The position numbers and the translations under genes were made by a program. Positions 1-9,812 of a DNA stretch of 64,000 nt are shown here, piece after piece. Each line of letters opens with the position of its first letter. The stretch's first letter is position 1. Source of the stretch: an uncultured Gemmatimonadales bacterium (GTDB lineage Bacteria; Gemmatimonadota; Gemmatimonadetes; Gemmatimonadales; GWC2-71-9). The stretch covers positions 192,001 to 256,000 of the forward strand of contig CAWCVB010000006.1 of NCBI GenBank assembly GCA_963798915.1. The letters are read 5' to 3'. The notes beneath the pieces were generated by a model that worked only from the letters and a program-made list of their open reading frames with translations, had not been told where the DNA came from and searched no databases.

Positions 1-333
1 ACGGTTGGTATAGATCCCGGCAGGCTGCAGCAGCGAGACATCCACCAGGAGGAACACGACCGTGGCCGCGAGCCCGATGCCCGCTGCCCCGGCGATTCCT
101 TCGATCGTCCGGGCCCGGGTCCAGAAGCCGGGCATCACCACAACGACAGCGAGTCCCGCCAGCAGCACGAGCGCGCCCAGGATGGTCTCGATCGGAGGTG
201 CCGTGAAGCGGGTGATGAACGACATGAAGACAACCACCACGCATTCGAACAGTCCGAGAATGACCGCCTTGCTGAGCACATGCCGGAGCGGAGTTACGTC
301 AAATTCGCCATGGGGCTCGACAGCCGTTGCCAT
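1..333 (-). CDS. Hypothetical multi-pass membrane protein, runs off the window's left edge (partial)
   Basis: Not in the ORF track. Own translation from ATG 333 is open to position 1 (MATAVEPHGEFDVTPLRHVLSKAVILGLFECVVVVFMSF...), with several hydrophobic helices and an RBS-like GGGAGAG upstream. Confidence 0.75.
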   Translation of the reverse strand, partial: MATAVEPHGEFDVTPLRHVLSKAVILGLFECVVVVFMSFITRFTAPPIETILGALVLLAGLAVVVVMPGFWTRARTIEGIAGAAGIGLAATVVFLLVDVSLLQPAGIYTNR

Positions 334-366
334 GAACTCTCCCAATCGGGTATAAGGGCAGGCCTG

Positions 367-396
367 AAGATAAGACGCCAACCCCAATGCGGCCAA
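367..396 (-). promoter_or_regulatory. Putative sigma70 promoter (TTGGCC-18-TATCTT)
   Basis: Hexamers and spacing read directly upstream of the 333 start. Confidence 0.35.
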
Positions 397-485
397 GGGG
401 ATGCCGCCTGAGGCCCGGCTTCGGAGGTGGTGCCGCAGCCGGCCGCGGGAAGCGGCAACAGCGGGACGATTGTCGAAGCGTCATG

Positions 486-1418
486 TCAGGTCAGCCAACT
501 GACGCCGATCGCGACGTCGGTCAGTGCCCAGGCGCCAAGCGCCAGGTACATGCTGCGCTGGTGCTGGCGCGCCGACCATCCGCGCGCTCCGGCAAGCCAT
601 GGAAGCAGCACCAGGAGCCAGCCAGCGAACGGCACCAGGAGAAGTGTCAGTCGCCATGCGCCGACTGTCCATCCCGTGCGGAAGCCGGCGAGGCCGAACA
701 ACACAAAAGCTGCGATCGTAGCCGCCACGGCCGTCGCCAGGCTTACGCGCGCACCGAGTCGAAGTGCAAGGGTCCGGTCACCGCGCCTCCGATCTTCGTC
801 GGCCTGGTAGAGCTGGGTCAGCGGATAGAGGGCGGCGAACAGCAGGCCGAAGCCGGTGACCAGCAGCCAGGCCCACGCCGTGGGCCGAACGCCAGCGGCC
901 AACCAGCCCGCGAGCGGAGTCAGCGCGCCGAAGCCAACAAGATTGATGGCCCAGTCGGCGCCCGCCACCGCCTTGAGGCGCCATGGTGGCACCGAGTAAA
1001 GGATGGAGAGTACGAAGCAGGCGGCATAGACCACTGTGTAACCGCGTGGCATCAGGACCCAGGCCAATGCCAGACCCAGCAGCATGAGCCCGAGCCCCCA
1101 GCCAAACAAATGCGGCGGCGCGGCTGGCGGCCGCCGCAGGTAGGCGACGTCGCCTTCGTCGTGATCGAATGCCGAATTGATTGCCAGCGTGCCGCCGTTC
1201 AGCAGCACCACCCAGATCACAACCCCAAGCGCACACGCAACCCAGGGTGCGGCAGCTCCTTCCGGCCGGGCGCGGATGGCAAGCAGGCCACCGAGCGCCG
1301 TGTGTGCGGCCATGATCGGCCACTCGGCCGGTCGGAGGTGGAGCAGGTAATCAAATCCCCGGCCGAACAGGCGATAGCCAAGAACCCGGCCGCGGGAGGT
1401 TGCCTCTCGCGCGATCAC
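486..1418 (-). CDS. UbiA-family prenyltransferase
   Basis: Multi-TM protein with Asp-rich motifs NSAFDHDEGD and QLYQADEDRRRGDRT, plus YSVPPWRLK; GTG start overlaps the coaX stop (GTGA). Confidence 0.85.
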   Translation of the reverse strand: MIAREATSRGRVLGYRLFGRGFDYLLHLRPAEWPIMAAHTALGGLLAIRARPEGAAAPWVACALGVVIWVVLLNGGTLAINSAFDHDEGDVAYLRRPPAAPPHLFGWGLGLMLLGLALAWVLMPRGYTVVYAACFVLSILYSVPPWRLKAVAGADWAINLVGFGALTPLAGWLAAGVRPTAWAWLLVTGFGLLFAALYPLTQLYQADEDRRRGDRTLALRLGARVSLATAVAATIAAFVLFGLAGFRTGWTVGAWRLTLLLVPFAGWLLVLLPWLAGARGWSARQHQRSMYLALGAWALTDVAIGVSWLT

Positions 1419-2194
1419 CAGCGCTGCCCGAGCACCGCGGCGGCCAGTCGAAGGCCTTCCAGAGTGAGATTCGGCTCGACAGCCTCGATGCTGGCGCATA
1501 GCGGAGCGACCAGCCCGGCCAGACCACCGGTCGCGATGCAGCGCGGCGACCCGGCTCCTGGCCATTCGTGGCGAATTCGCGCGACCATGCCGTCGACCGC
1601 GTCCGCCGCGCCGTAGAGGACTCCGGCCTGGATGCACTCCTCGGTCCGGCGACCGATGACCCCGGCCGGCTGCGTCAGTTCCGTGGCCGGCAGCTTGGCG
1701 GCCCGGCGCGTCAATTGATCCGCCGAGGTCCGGAGCCCTGGCATGATGGCACCGCCGATGAAGCGCCCGTCAGCGGTGATGCAGTCGAAGGTCGTCGCGG
1801 TTCCGAAATCCACAACGACCACGTCCGCATGAAACCGGTCGATCGCCGCCAGGACGTTCACGATGCGATCGGCGCCTACCGTGAGCGGCTCTTCGACGTC
1901 GAGCACCACCGGAAGCCGACTGCGAGCCGACACCAGCTCCGGGCGCACACCCGTGGCGGTGGTAACTCCATCCACCACGGCGCGGGTCGCGGCCGGCGCC
2001 ACCGATGCGACGCACGCTGCACGAACCTCGTTGGGTGAGTGTCCGTAATGCAGGAGAAAGCCACTGATGGCGGCGGCCCATTCGTCGGAGGTGCGTTCGG
2101 GGCCGGTCGTCATGCGCCAGGTGGCCATGAAAATCTCTCCACGCACGAGGCCGGCGGTGATTTCGCTATTGCCGATATCCAGTACCAGGAGCAT
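1415..2194 (-). CDS. coaX: Type III pantothenate kinase
   Basis: Motifs LDIGNS, VGADRI, VDFGTATTFD, GGAIMPG, IATGG. Confidence 0.95.
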   Translation of the reverse strand: MLLVLDIGNSEITAGLVRGEIFMATWRMTTGPERTSDEWAAAISGFLLHYGHSPNEVRAACVASVAPAATRAVVDGVTTATGVRPELVSARSRLPVVLDVEEPLTVGADRIVNVLAAIDRFHADVVVVDFGTATTFDCITADGRFIGGAIMPGLRTSADQLTRRAAKLPATELTQPAGVIGRRTEECIQAGVLYGAADAVDGMVARIRHEWPGAGSPRCIATGGLAGLVAPLCASIEAVEPNLTLEGLRLAAAVLGQRW

Positions 2195-2200
2195 GGGATT

Positions 2201-2932
2201 CTACTCCGCGAGAGATACGCGGGCGGCAGCCCGCACCGGAGCGGCGCGCAGCGCCACTACCGCACCATCGTGCTGCCGGATGAGGAGAGCGCCATCGGCC
2301 GAGATCCCAACCGCCACGCCCGGTCGCGGGGCGGCCAGCTGGCGGCCGGCGAGCCAGTCGCGCTCGCCTAAGCGGACACGTTCATCGTCCGCCAGCGGTC
2401 CACGCGCAGCACCGGCAGCCACGACCGCGTCGGCCACGAGCGTGGCCAGCTGATCCAGTTCGGCGACCAGGCCGTGATCCGCCAGGCGCGCGGCCTCGCC
2501 CATCAACGCAGCCGGCAGGTCGTTGGTGACGTTCAGTCCGACGCCGACCACCACCCATGCCGGGCGATCGCCCGTCCACCGCGCCTCGCAGAGGATGCCC
2601 CCTGCCTTGCGGCCGGAGGCGAAGATGTCATTGGGCCACTTCAGCATCAGGTCCCGTGCACCGCGCGCCTCCAGGAGCTCGATGACCGCCAGGCCTACCC
2701 TGACGCTCAGCACGTCCAGCGCCGCCGACTCGCGCGGCCGAAGCAGCACGCTCAGCCACAGACCGCCAGCCCCAGCAGCCCACTCGCTTCCCCGTGCGCC
2801 ACGACCCGCTGTCTGTTCCAGCGCGGCCACGCCGGTGCCGGAGACCGCCCCCTGCTCTGCCAGGGCGTGCACCGCATCCTGGGTGGAGGGGACGGATGTC
2901 ACCCAGCGCACTGTCGAGCACCCGTGGGGCAC
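2201..2932 (-). CDS. birA: Biotin--[acetyl-CoA-carboxylase] ligase (no N-terminal HTH)
   Basis: Motifs PSTQD, QTAGRG, LKWPND, KAGGIL, GVGLNV; GTG start overlaps the uppP stop. Confidence 0.92.
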   Translation of the reverse strand: MPHGCSTVRWVTSVPSTQDAVHALAEQGAVSGTGVAALEQTAGRGARGSEWAAGAGGLWLSVLLRPRESAALDVLSVRVGLAVIELLEARGARDLMLKWPNDIFASGRKAGGILCEARWTGDRPAWVVVGVGLNVTNDLPAALMGEAARLADHGLVAELDQLATLVADAVVAAGAARGPLADDERVRLGERDWLAGRQLAAPRPGVAVGISADGALLIRQHDGAVVALRAAPVRAAARVSLAE

Positions 2933-3741
2933 TATCGCAGCACCCACAGCAGCACCAGCCCGAACGCGATTCGATACCAGGCGAAGACAGCAAAGCTTCG
3001 GTGCGACACGAACTGCAGGAACGCGCGCACCACCACGAGTGCTGCCACGAAGGAGACGACAAAGCCGATGGCAAAGATCGGCACGTCGCCTGCAAGGAGC
3101 ACCTGCCGACTGGAAACGAGGTCGAACAGCGTCGCAGCGAACATGACCGGGATGGCGAGAAAGAACGAGAACTCGGTGGCGGCACGCCGGCTCAGGCCCA
3201 GGGCATACCCACCCATGATGGTGGCACCCGAACGCGACACTCCCGGCACCAGCGCGAGCACCTGGGCCAGCCCGATCCCCAGTGCAGTGCGGGTCGGCAC
3301 CGCGAACGGGTCATCCCTTCGCACCGGCGGCGCCCAACGCTCAACGAGCAGAATGCCTACACCACCCAGGATGAGCGCCATGGCAACCACCAGCGGTGTG
3401 AAGAGCCATGCCTTGATCTGGTGATGGAACGCGACGCCGACCACTGCGGCGGGAATGAATGCGACCACCAGCGACCATACGAACTGCTGGTCAGCGCGGT
3501 TGGATGCCACATGCCGCATTACGGCGCCGAGCCGTCGCCGGTACAGCCACAGAATCGCAAGCACCGCGCCCAGCTGGATGAAGATTTCGAACGTCTCGGC
3601 GCGCGCATCGGTCCAGCCGAGCAGGTGACCACCAAGAATCAGGTGGCCGGTCGACGAGACGGGCAAGAATTCCGTGATGCCCTCCAGGACGCCCAGCAAG
3701 ACGGCCTTGAGCCAGAGCGGCAGGGCTGCAAGGAACGCCAT
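2932..3741 (-). CDS. uppP: Undecaprenyl-diphosphate phosphatase
   Basis: Motifs EGITEFLPVSSTGHL and PGVSRSGATI. Confidence 0.95.
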   Translation of the reverse strand: MAFLAALPLWLKAVLLGVLEGITEFLPVSSTGHLILGGHLLGWTDARAETFEIFIQLGAVLAILWLYRRRLGAVMRHVASNRADQQFVWSLVVAFIPAAVVGVAFHHQIKAWLFTPLVVAMALILGGVGILLVERWAPPVRRDDPFAVPTRTALGIGLAQVLALVPGVSRSGATIMGGYALGLSRRAATEFSFFLAIPVMFAATLFDLVSSRQVLLAGDVPIFAIGFVVSFVAALVVVRAFLQFVSHRSFAVFAWYRIAFGLVLLWVLR

Positions 3742-4865
3742 CAGCCCAGCGTCTCGGTATACAGGCGCTCGTACTGCGGCACCACTTCCTCGACCGAGTA
3801 CCGTTGCGCCTGCTTGATGCAGGCGGCGCGCATCGCCTCCCAACGGTGCCGATCACGCAACAGTTCCACGGCGCGGCGGCCCATCGCTTCCACACTCCCG
3901 ACCGGCTCCAGCAGTCCCGTGACACCATCCTCGACGACCTCGGGAATGCCACCAACGCTGGTCGCCACCACCGGCACGCCGCATGCCATGGCCTCCAGCG
4001 CGGCCAACCCGAAACTTTCCGTCTGGGAGGGCAGCACGAACAGGTCGGACGCCTGCAGCAGCGAAGCGACCGAGTCCAGCCGGCCCAGGAAGCGGACGTC
4101 TTCTCCCACTTCCAGCGAGCGCGCCTCGCGCTCGGCATCTTCCCGTTCCGGGCCATCACCCACCATCAGCAGGGTGGCCGGCATGGCGTGACGGATGCGC
4201 GCGAATACCCGCACGACGTCACGAACGCGCTTGACCTCGCGGAAATTGGACGTATGCATGATCACCTTGTGCCCGGCGGGCGCAACCTGGCCGCAGTTCG
4301 CTTCCGCCGCCGGGCGGTACTCCTCCAGGTTCACAAAATTCGGTATGACCCGGATGTCGCAGGAAATGCATCCGAACGCGCGGTAGGTCTCGTCGCGAAG
4401 ATGTCCCGAGACCGCCGTGACGCCGTCGGACTGCTCGATGGAGAATCGGGTAATGGCGAAGAAGCTGGCTTCCTGGCCCACCAGCGTGATGTCGGTGCCG
4501 TGCAACGTGGTGATAACCTTGACCGGCTGTTCCGCGCCCAGCATTTCCCGCGCAAGGAAGGCCGTCGTGGCATGCGGGATGGCATAGTGCACGTGCAGCA
4601 CGTCCAGCCGCTCCCGGAGCGCAACTTCATGCTGTTTGGAGGCCAGGGCCAGGGTATACGGGAAATGGTCGAACAGGGGGTACCGGCCCATGCGCGTATC
4701 CACTTCGTGGAAGTAGACCCGTTCGCTGTAGCCGTGCAGCCGGAAGGGCATGGCGTACGTGATGAAGTGGACTTCATGCCCCCTCCGAGCGAGGGCGAGC
4801 CCGAGCTCGGTCGCCAGGGCGCCGGAACCGCCGTAGGTGGGATAGCAGGTGATGCCTATCTTCAT
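3741..4865 (-). CDS. bshA: N-acetyl-alpha-D-glucosaminyl L-malate synthase (bacillithiol biosynthesis)
   Basis: Motifs KIGITCYPTYGGSG, LHVHYAIPHA, TTLHGTDITLVG, ESFGLAALEAM. Confidence 0.93.
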   Translation of the reverse strand: MKIGITCYPTYGGSGALATELGLALARRGHEVHFITYAMPFRLHGYSERVYFHEVDTRMGRYPLFDHFPYTLALASKQHEVALRERLDVLHVHYAIPHATTAFLAREMLGAEQPVKVITTLHGTDITLVGQEASFFAITRFSIEQSDGVTAVSGHLRDETYRAFGCISCDIRVIPNFVNLEEYRPAAEANCGQVAPAGHKVIMHTSNFREVKRVRDVVRVFARIRHAMPATLLMVGDGPEREDAEREARSLEVGEDVRFLGRLDSVASLLQASDLFVLPSQTESFGLAALEAMACGVPVVATSVGGIPEVVEDGVTGLLEPVGSVEAMGRRAVELLRDRHRWEAMRAACIKQAQRYSVEEVVPQYERLYTETLG

Positions 4866-5785
4866 GACTCCGTCCGGGACCAGAGGTGCGCGATCTCTGC
4901 GGCCAGCGTCTCCGGCCCGCGCGTCGCGTCAAGAGTAATGCGCTCGCCGGCAAGCTGGTTCCGGAACCAGGTTTCCTGGCGCTTGGCGTACTGGCGGGTG
5001 CTGATGACGATGTCGTCGACCAGGCCCTTCGACGGGCGTCGGCCATCCAGCACCGCGACGGCGTCCCGCACCCCGATCCCGTCCAGGCCAGGCGCATCAG
5101 GCCCCGCGCCCTCGGCCAGGACTGCGGCCACCTCGCCCATCAGTCCCCGCTGGATCATTTCGCGGGCCCTGCTCTCGATCCGCCGATGGAGGACCGACCT
5201 CGGCACTGTCAGCACGATGTACCACGGGTCGATCGCGCGCCCGGCTCGGGCGGCGCGTTGCCAATAGCTCAGCGACTGGCCGCTGAGGAGCGCCACTTCC
5301 ACGGCGCGCTGCGCGCGCTGGCGACCGCCGCCCCGAAACCCCGGGTCCAGTCGCGCCGCCCATCGCACCAGCTCGAGCGCTTCGCGCCGTGCCAGCCAGG
5401 CGTCCAGCCGACGGCGGGCGCCCGCATCGAGCGGCGGTTCGTGAAAGAGTCCCTCTGCGAGCGCACGCACGTAGAGGCCCGTGCCCCCGACCACCACCGG
5501 CATCGATCCGCGGGCCAGGATATCAGCCACGTATCCGGCCGCATCACGGGCAAAGCGTCCGGCGCTATAGCGTTCTCCCGGCGCGATGATGCCGATCCCA
5601 TGGTGCGGCACCCGGGAAAGTTCGCGTGCAGTGGGTTGGGCCGTGGCCACAGCGAGCCGGCGATAGACCTGTCGTGAGTCTGCGGAGACGACCTCGATCG
5701 GCCAGTGCTCTGCCAGTGCCAGCGCCACGGCGGTCTTTCCGATCCCCGTCGGGCCTACAAGGACAGGAATCCTAGCGACGGCCAA
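4862..5785 (-). CDS. miaA: tRNA dimethylallyltransferase
   Basis: Motifs GPTGIGKT, SADSRQVY, VGGTGLY, TRQYAKRQETWF; probable TTG start at 5785. Confidence 0.95.
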   Translation of the reverse strand: MAVARIPVLVGPTGIGKTAVALALAEHWPIEVVSADSRQVYRRLAVATAQPTARELSRVPHHGIGIIAPGERYSAGRFARDAAGYVADILARGSMPVVVGGTGLYVRALAEGLFHEPPLDAGARRRLDAWLARREALELVRWAARLDPGFRGGGRQRAQRAVEVALLSGQSLSYWQRAARAGRAIDPWYIVLTVPRSVLHRRIESRAREMIQRGLMGEVAAVLAEGAGPDAPGLDGIGVRDAVAVLDGRRPSKGLVDDIVISTRQYAKRQETWFRNQLAGERITLDATRGPETLAAEIAHLWSRTES

Positions 5786-7460
5786 ATCGGCGCTCCAGCT
5801 CCTCGCGTGGAAGCTGCACGATCGTTGCCCGTCCGTGCACGTCGTGCGGCGGCAGGGCCGTGCCGAAGAGTCGCGCGAGCAGGCCGCGCATCTCGTCCTG
5901 GCCCAGTTCCTCGCCGGCCTTGACCGCCGCGCGGCAGGCGTAGGTCGCGGCGAACCGCTCCAGGCCGCTGCTCCAGCCACCGAAGCGCCCACGCGCCAGA
6001 TCGGAGACAAGTTCCCGGAAGCAGCGCGCAGCATCGAAGCGCGGATGGGGCGCCGGTACCGCTTGCAGGATGACGCTTCGGCCGCCAAACGCGTCCACGG
6101 CAAAGCCCGCGCGCTCGAGCCACTCGCGATGCGCCTCCAGCGCATCGAGCTCCTCGTCCGTCAACTCGATCGTCATGGGAAGAAGCAATCGCTGGGAGGC
6201 CGCCCCCTGGCTGGTGAGCTGGCCCATGGCTTCTTCGTACAAGACGCGCTCGTGAGCCGAGTGCTGGTCCACGAAGACCAGCGCCTCTTCGCTCTCGTAA
6301 ACGATGTAGCTCCGGAAAAGCTGTCGTGGCAGACTTGCATTCGCACTCGCCGGACCCGCGACGTCGCCTCTCGGGTTCCGGTCCGACCCCAGCACGTCCG
6401 GCAACGCCAGCAGGGAGATCTCCGTTCCGGACGACGCGGGCATCGGCCTCCAGTCGCCGACTGGCACCGTTGCGGCGGACTGGCCAATAGCCAGCCGGAC
6501 CGCCTCTTCCACCGCACGCTCGGCGCCCAGCCGGTCGCGGAAGCGAACCTCCAGCTTGGCCGGATGAACATTCACGTCGACATCCGCAGGCGCAGTCGTG
6601 AGCTGGAGCAGCAACGAGGGTCGATCCCCCGGATGAATGGCGGCGCGATAGCCCGCCTCAGCGGCCCGCACCAGAAATGGATCGCGAAAGGGCCGGCCGT
6701 TGATGAAGAGTTGCACTCGCCGCCCGCTGGGGCGGGCGTCACCCGGCCGCTGGGCGAATCCGTCTACCCGGAAGCCGCCGACCGCATGCGCTACCGCCAC
6801 AAGCGTTCCGGCCATGTCTTCGCCCCAGACCGCCGCGAGGCGCTCTGCCGGTTCTTGCCCAGCAGGCACCGAGAGCCGACGGACGTTCTCGATCTCCAGC
6901 TCGAACCCCACGGCGGGATACGTCAGGGCGAGCGTCGCCACGACATCCGTGATGGCGCGCCCCTCGCTCGCGACCGAGCGCAGAAACTTCCGACGCGCGG
7001 GCGTGTTGAAGAAGAGTCCGCGGACAGCCACAGTCGTGCCCCGGGTGCGCGCGGCCGGTGTTGCGCCGTCCACGCGCCCGCCGGTCACCCGAACTTCGGT
7101 CGCGGCCTCGCCGTCGGAGGTCAGGAGCTCGAACCGTGAAACGGAGGCGATTGCCGGCAGGGCTTCGCCCCGGAACCCGAACGTGCTGACGCCGATCAGG
7201 TCCGCGGCGCTCTGGATCTTGCTGGTTGCGTGCCGGTCCAGCGCGAGCAGCGCGTCATCGCGATTCATGCCTTCGCCATCATCGGCCACTTCGATGAGGC
7301 TCTTGCCCCCCTGCTCCACCCGGATGCGTACCGCGCTGGCGCCGGCGTCGAGCGCATTTTCCGCCAGCTCCTTCACCACGCTGGCCGGACGCTCCACGAC
7401 CTCGCCCGCCGCGATCTGGTCGGCGACGGCGTCGGGAAGAATGCGAATCCGGCGAGTCAT
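5772..7460 (-). CDS. mutL: DNA mismatch repair endonuclease MutL
   Basis: Motifs IAAGEVVERPASVVKEL, GFRGEAL, DVNVHPAK and the endonuclease motif DQHSAHERVLYE. Confidence 0.97.
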   Translation of the reverse strand: MTRRIRILPDAVADQIAAGEVVERPASVVKELAENALDAGASAVRIRVEQGGKSLIEVADDGEGMNRDDALLALDRHATSKIQSAADLIGVSTFGFRGEALPAIASVSRFELLTSDGEAATEVRVTGGRVDGATPAARTRGTTVAVRGLFFNTPARRKFLRSVASEGRAITDVVATLALTYPAVGFELEIENVRRLSVPAGQEPAERLAAVWGEDMAGTLVAVAHAVGGFRVDGFAQRPGDARPSGRRVQLFINGRPFRDPFLVRAAEAGYRAAIHPGDRPSLLLQLTTAPADVDVNVHPAKLEVRFRDRLGAERAVEEAVRLAIGQSAATVPVGDWRPMPASSGTEISLLALPDVLGSDRNPRGDVAGPASANASLPRQLFRSYIVYESEEALVFVDQHSAHERVLYEEAMGQLTSQGAASQRLLLPMTIELTDEELDALEAHREWLERAGFAVDAFGGRSVILQAVPAPHPRFDAARCFRELVSDLARGRFGGWSSGLERFAATYACRAAVKAGEELGQDEMRGLLARLFGTALPPHDVHGRATIVQLPREELERRFGRR

Positions 7461-7469
7461 ATCCGAAAG

Positions 7470-9812
7470 CTACTCATCCACTCGTTCGACCGCGGATTCC
7501 GGCACCCAACCGGAATGACCAGCCACGTCGACCAGCCACCAGCCCGCACGCCGGCGGCGCAGTGACGCCGTCGTGCCGGGCGGCAGCATGCTCACTTCCG
7601 GGGCGCGACCGTGCGGTGATAGTCGCATCGGGCCTTCGTCCACGATGATGGCGGTTGGCCGATGGTATCTGGCAGCGACCTGCGCCGCGCCCAGGCCCGC
7701 GATAACCGCGACGCTCAACAGCATCACGGCCCGGAGGCGGAACCGGCGTCGATCGACAAAGACGAACGTCCAGCCAGTCAGCCAGGCGGCCAGGGCCAGC
7801 AGGCTCAATTCGTCTGGCGTCAGCGGCGCAACCCAGGTCATCCGTCGCGACCAGGAATCCGGCCCAGGTACAAGCGTCAGTGCCCGGCGAATGCTCGCTC
7901 GGCGCGGTCGCAACCGGGCGGCGTGCAGCCAGGCCGCGCGGGCTCGGGCGTCCGAGCCGAGCCGGTACTCGGCGGCGCCCAGTCCATACCAGTCGGCCGC
8001 GCTGGCATCCAGCGAGTGCGCCCGACGGGCAAAGCCCTCCGCCGCGGCCCGATACGCTCCGGAGGCGTACAGCGATTCTGGTCCCGGAACCTGGGGGTGC
8101 AGCGCCATCGGCGCGATCAATGCCAGTGGCACGAGCATGCCGAGCAGCCGGCGGCCCCGCCGCTCACGATGGCGCGCCTCGCCGCCCACGGCTCGCGTCA
8201 GCTCATCCATTTCCTGCGCGAGCTGTGCCTCGGTGGATCCTTCGCCTCTGTGGCCGTAGCGCACGGCAAGAAATTCATCGCGCACCGCGGCAATGCGCCG
8301 CGCGAGCGCGGCATCGAGCCCCGCCGCACGCAGCGCCGAGGTGAGGGCCGGGCCGGTGCGGACGTCCGCATCCGGTACCAGTGCCCGTAGCGCCGCGAGC
8401 AGGCGCCGGTCGGAGCGTGGCAGGTCGGGTGCGAGGTCGCTGGCCCGCCGGCGAAAACGTCCGTGGTACCAGTCGCGCGTTTCCAGCCCGCCCCAGAGCG
8501 CCAGGGGGAGCAGGGCCAGGAGCAGCCACACAGGCAGCGGCACGCCACGCCAGACGGACCGGGCAATGGGCCTGTGCCCAACCTGAAACAGCGGTGGGGG
8601 TGAGGGACGAGAAGCTTCGCTCTCGGAAGCCGGAGCGACATTGATGATCGCAGCCGGCGCGGTCAGGGTGTGGTAGGTTGCATCACCCAAGTCAAAATAC
8701 GAATACTGAAGCCCGTGCAGGCGAAGCGGTCCGGCCGAATCGGGAAGTGCCAGATACCTGAAGGTCTTGGTGCCTCCCAGCAGACCGTCGTTGCTCTCCA
8801 TGCGATCGTCGGCGCGATCCTGGTAGTGCCGCAGTGTGACCGGCCACTCGATGCCGGGCGCCGGCCACAGCGCAACATTGCCGCTCCCCGCGAGGCGGAC
8901 TTCGACCGGGACCACCTGCCCCGCGCTGCCCGTGGCGGGTACGGTGCGTTCGAGGCGAAGATGGCGTCCCACGGCGCCGGCAAAACCGGACGGGCGACCA
9001 GCGTCCGGCAACGGCCGAACCGTCAGCTGTGCGGAGTTGCTCTCGAGCGAATACCGCTCTTCCTGACTGAAGAACTGCATGGCGACCGGGACGCTGTACT
9101 GCAGGGTCGCCTTCGCGATATCCACGCTCCCCGGCACCAGCGGAAACACGATCTGGTACGACACGAACAGGTCGTACCAGGTATCGCCCACTTTTCGGCT
9201 ATCGGCGATTCCGGGCGGCGTCGGCTGGGGATAACTCCAGACCCCGGACAATGAGGGTGGCGTGAGCGTCGGTGGCCGGCGAAGCCGTGCTCGCAGGTCG
9301 CGCGGAAACCAGGCGGCGGTGACCACGTCCACTTGCTCGCCGACGTAGATACGATCGGCGGAAATGAGCAGCGTCAGTTCGGGTTGGCCGGCGTGCCGCG
9401 GTGGCGGCGCTCTGCGCAGCATGGCGAGGAGTCGTGGATTGAGGGCCGGTGCGCTACCGGACCCGGCCTGGACCTGCACCGAAACGAAGCCGGTCTTGGC
9501 CCGGCGTCCCGACTGCTCGATCTCGAACGGTCCCAGCCGGAAGGTCCCCGCCCTGAGGGCGCTGAGTTCCAGCTCCAGCGTCGTGGTACGCGCGGTCGAG
9601 TCGCTGACGGCCACGGCCGTCTGCTCGCTGCGCGCAAGCACCTGGAAGCCATCGAGGGACGGAAGAATCACCCGAATTGGTGCCGACGAGCGGCTGGTCG
9701 CGGTCACGGTCAGCGTCAGATCCTCGCCGACGGCCAGCCGCGAGCGATCAAGCGTGGCCGTCACCGTGGGCGCCTGGCCCTGGAACGCGACCAGCAACAG
9801 GAGGCCGATCAC
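7470..9812 (-). CDS. BatD-like protein with fused C-terminal BatE-like TPR and SH3-like region
   Basis: Signal peptide, Ig-like BatD repeats (VTATLDR...VGE, FAGAVG), TM segment, TPR-like segment, C-terminal GWVP; position in the MoxR/VWA cluster. Confidence 0.8.
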   Translation of the reverse strand: MIGLLLLVAFQGQAPTVTATLDRSRLAVGEDLTLTVTATSRSSAPIRVILPSLDGFQVLARSEQTAVAVSDSTARTTTLELELSALRAGTFRLGPFEIEQSGRRAKTGFVSVQVQAGSGSAPALNPRLLAMLRRAPPPRHAGQPELTLLISADRIYVGEQVDVVTAAWFPRDLRARLRRPPTLTPPSLSGVWSYPQPTPPGIADSRKVGDTWYDLFVSYQIVFPLVPGSVDIAKATLQYSVPVAMQFFSQEERYSLESNSAQLTVRPLPDAGRPSGFAGAVGRHLRLERTVPATGSAGQVVPVEVRLAGSGNVALWPAPGIEWPVTLRHYQDRADDRMESNDGLLGGTKTFRYLALPDSAGPLRLHGLQYSYFDLGDATYHTLTAPAAIINVAPASESEASRPSPPPLFQVGHRPIARSVWRGVPLPVWLLLALLPLALWGGLETRDWYHGRFRRRASDLAPDLPRSDRRLLAALRALVPDADVRTGPALTSALRAAGLDAALARRIAAVRDEFLAVRYGHRGEGSTEAQLAQEMDELTRAVGGEARHRERRGRRLLGMLVPLALIAPMALHPQVPGPESLYASGAYRAAAEGFARRAHSLDASAADWYGLGAAEYRLGSDARARAAWLHAARLRPRRASIRRALTLVPGPDSWSRRMTWVAPLTPDELSLLALAAWLTGWTFVFVDRRRFRLRAVMLLSVAVIAGLGAAQVAARYHRPTAIIVDEGPMRLSPHGRAPEVSMLPPGTTASLRRRRAGWWLVDVAGHSGWVPESAVERVDE

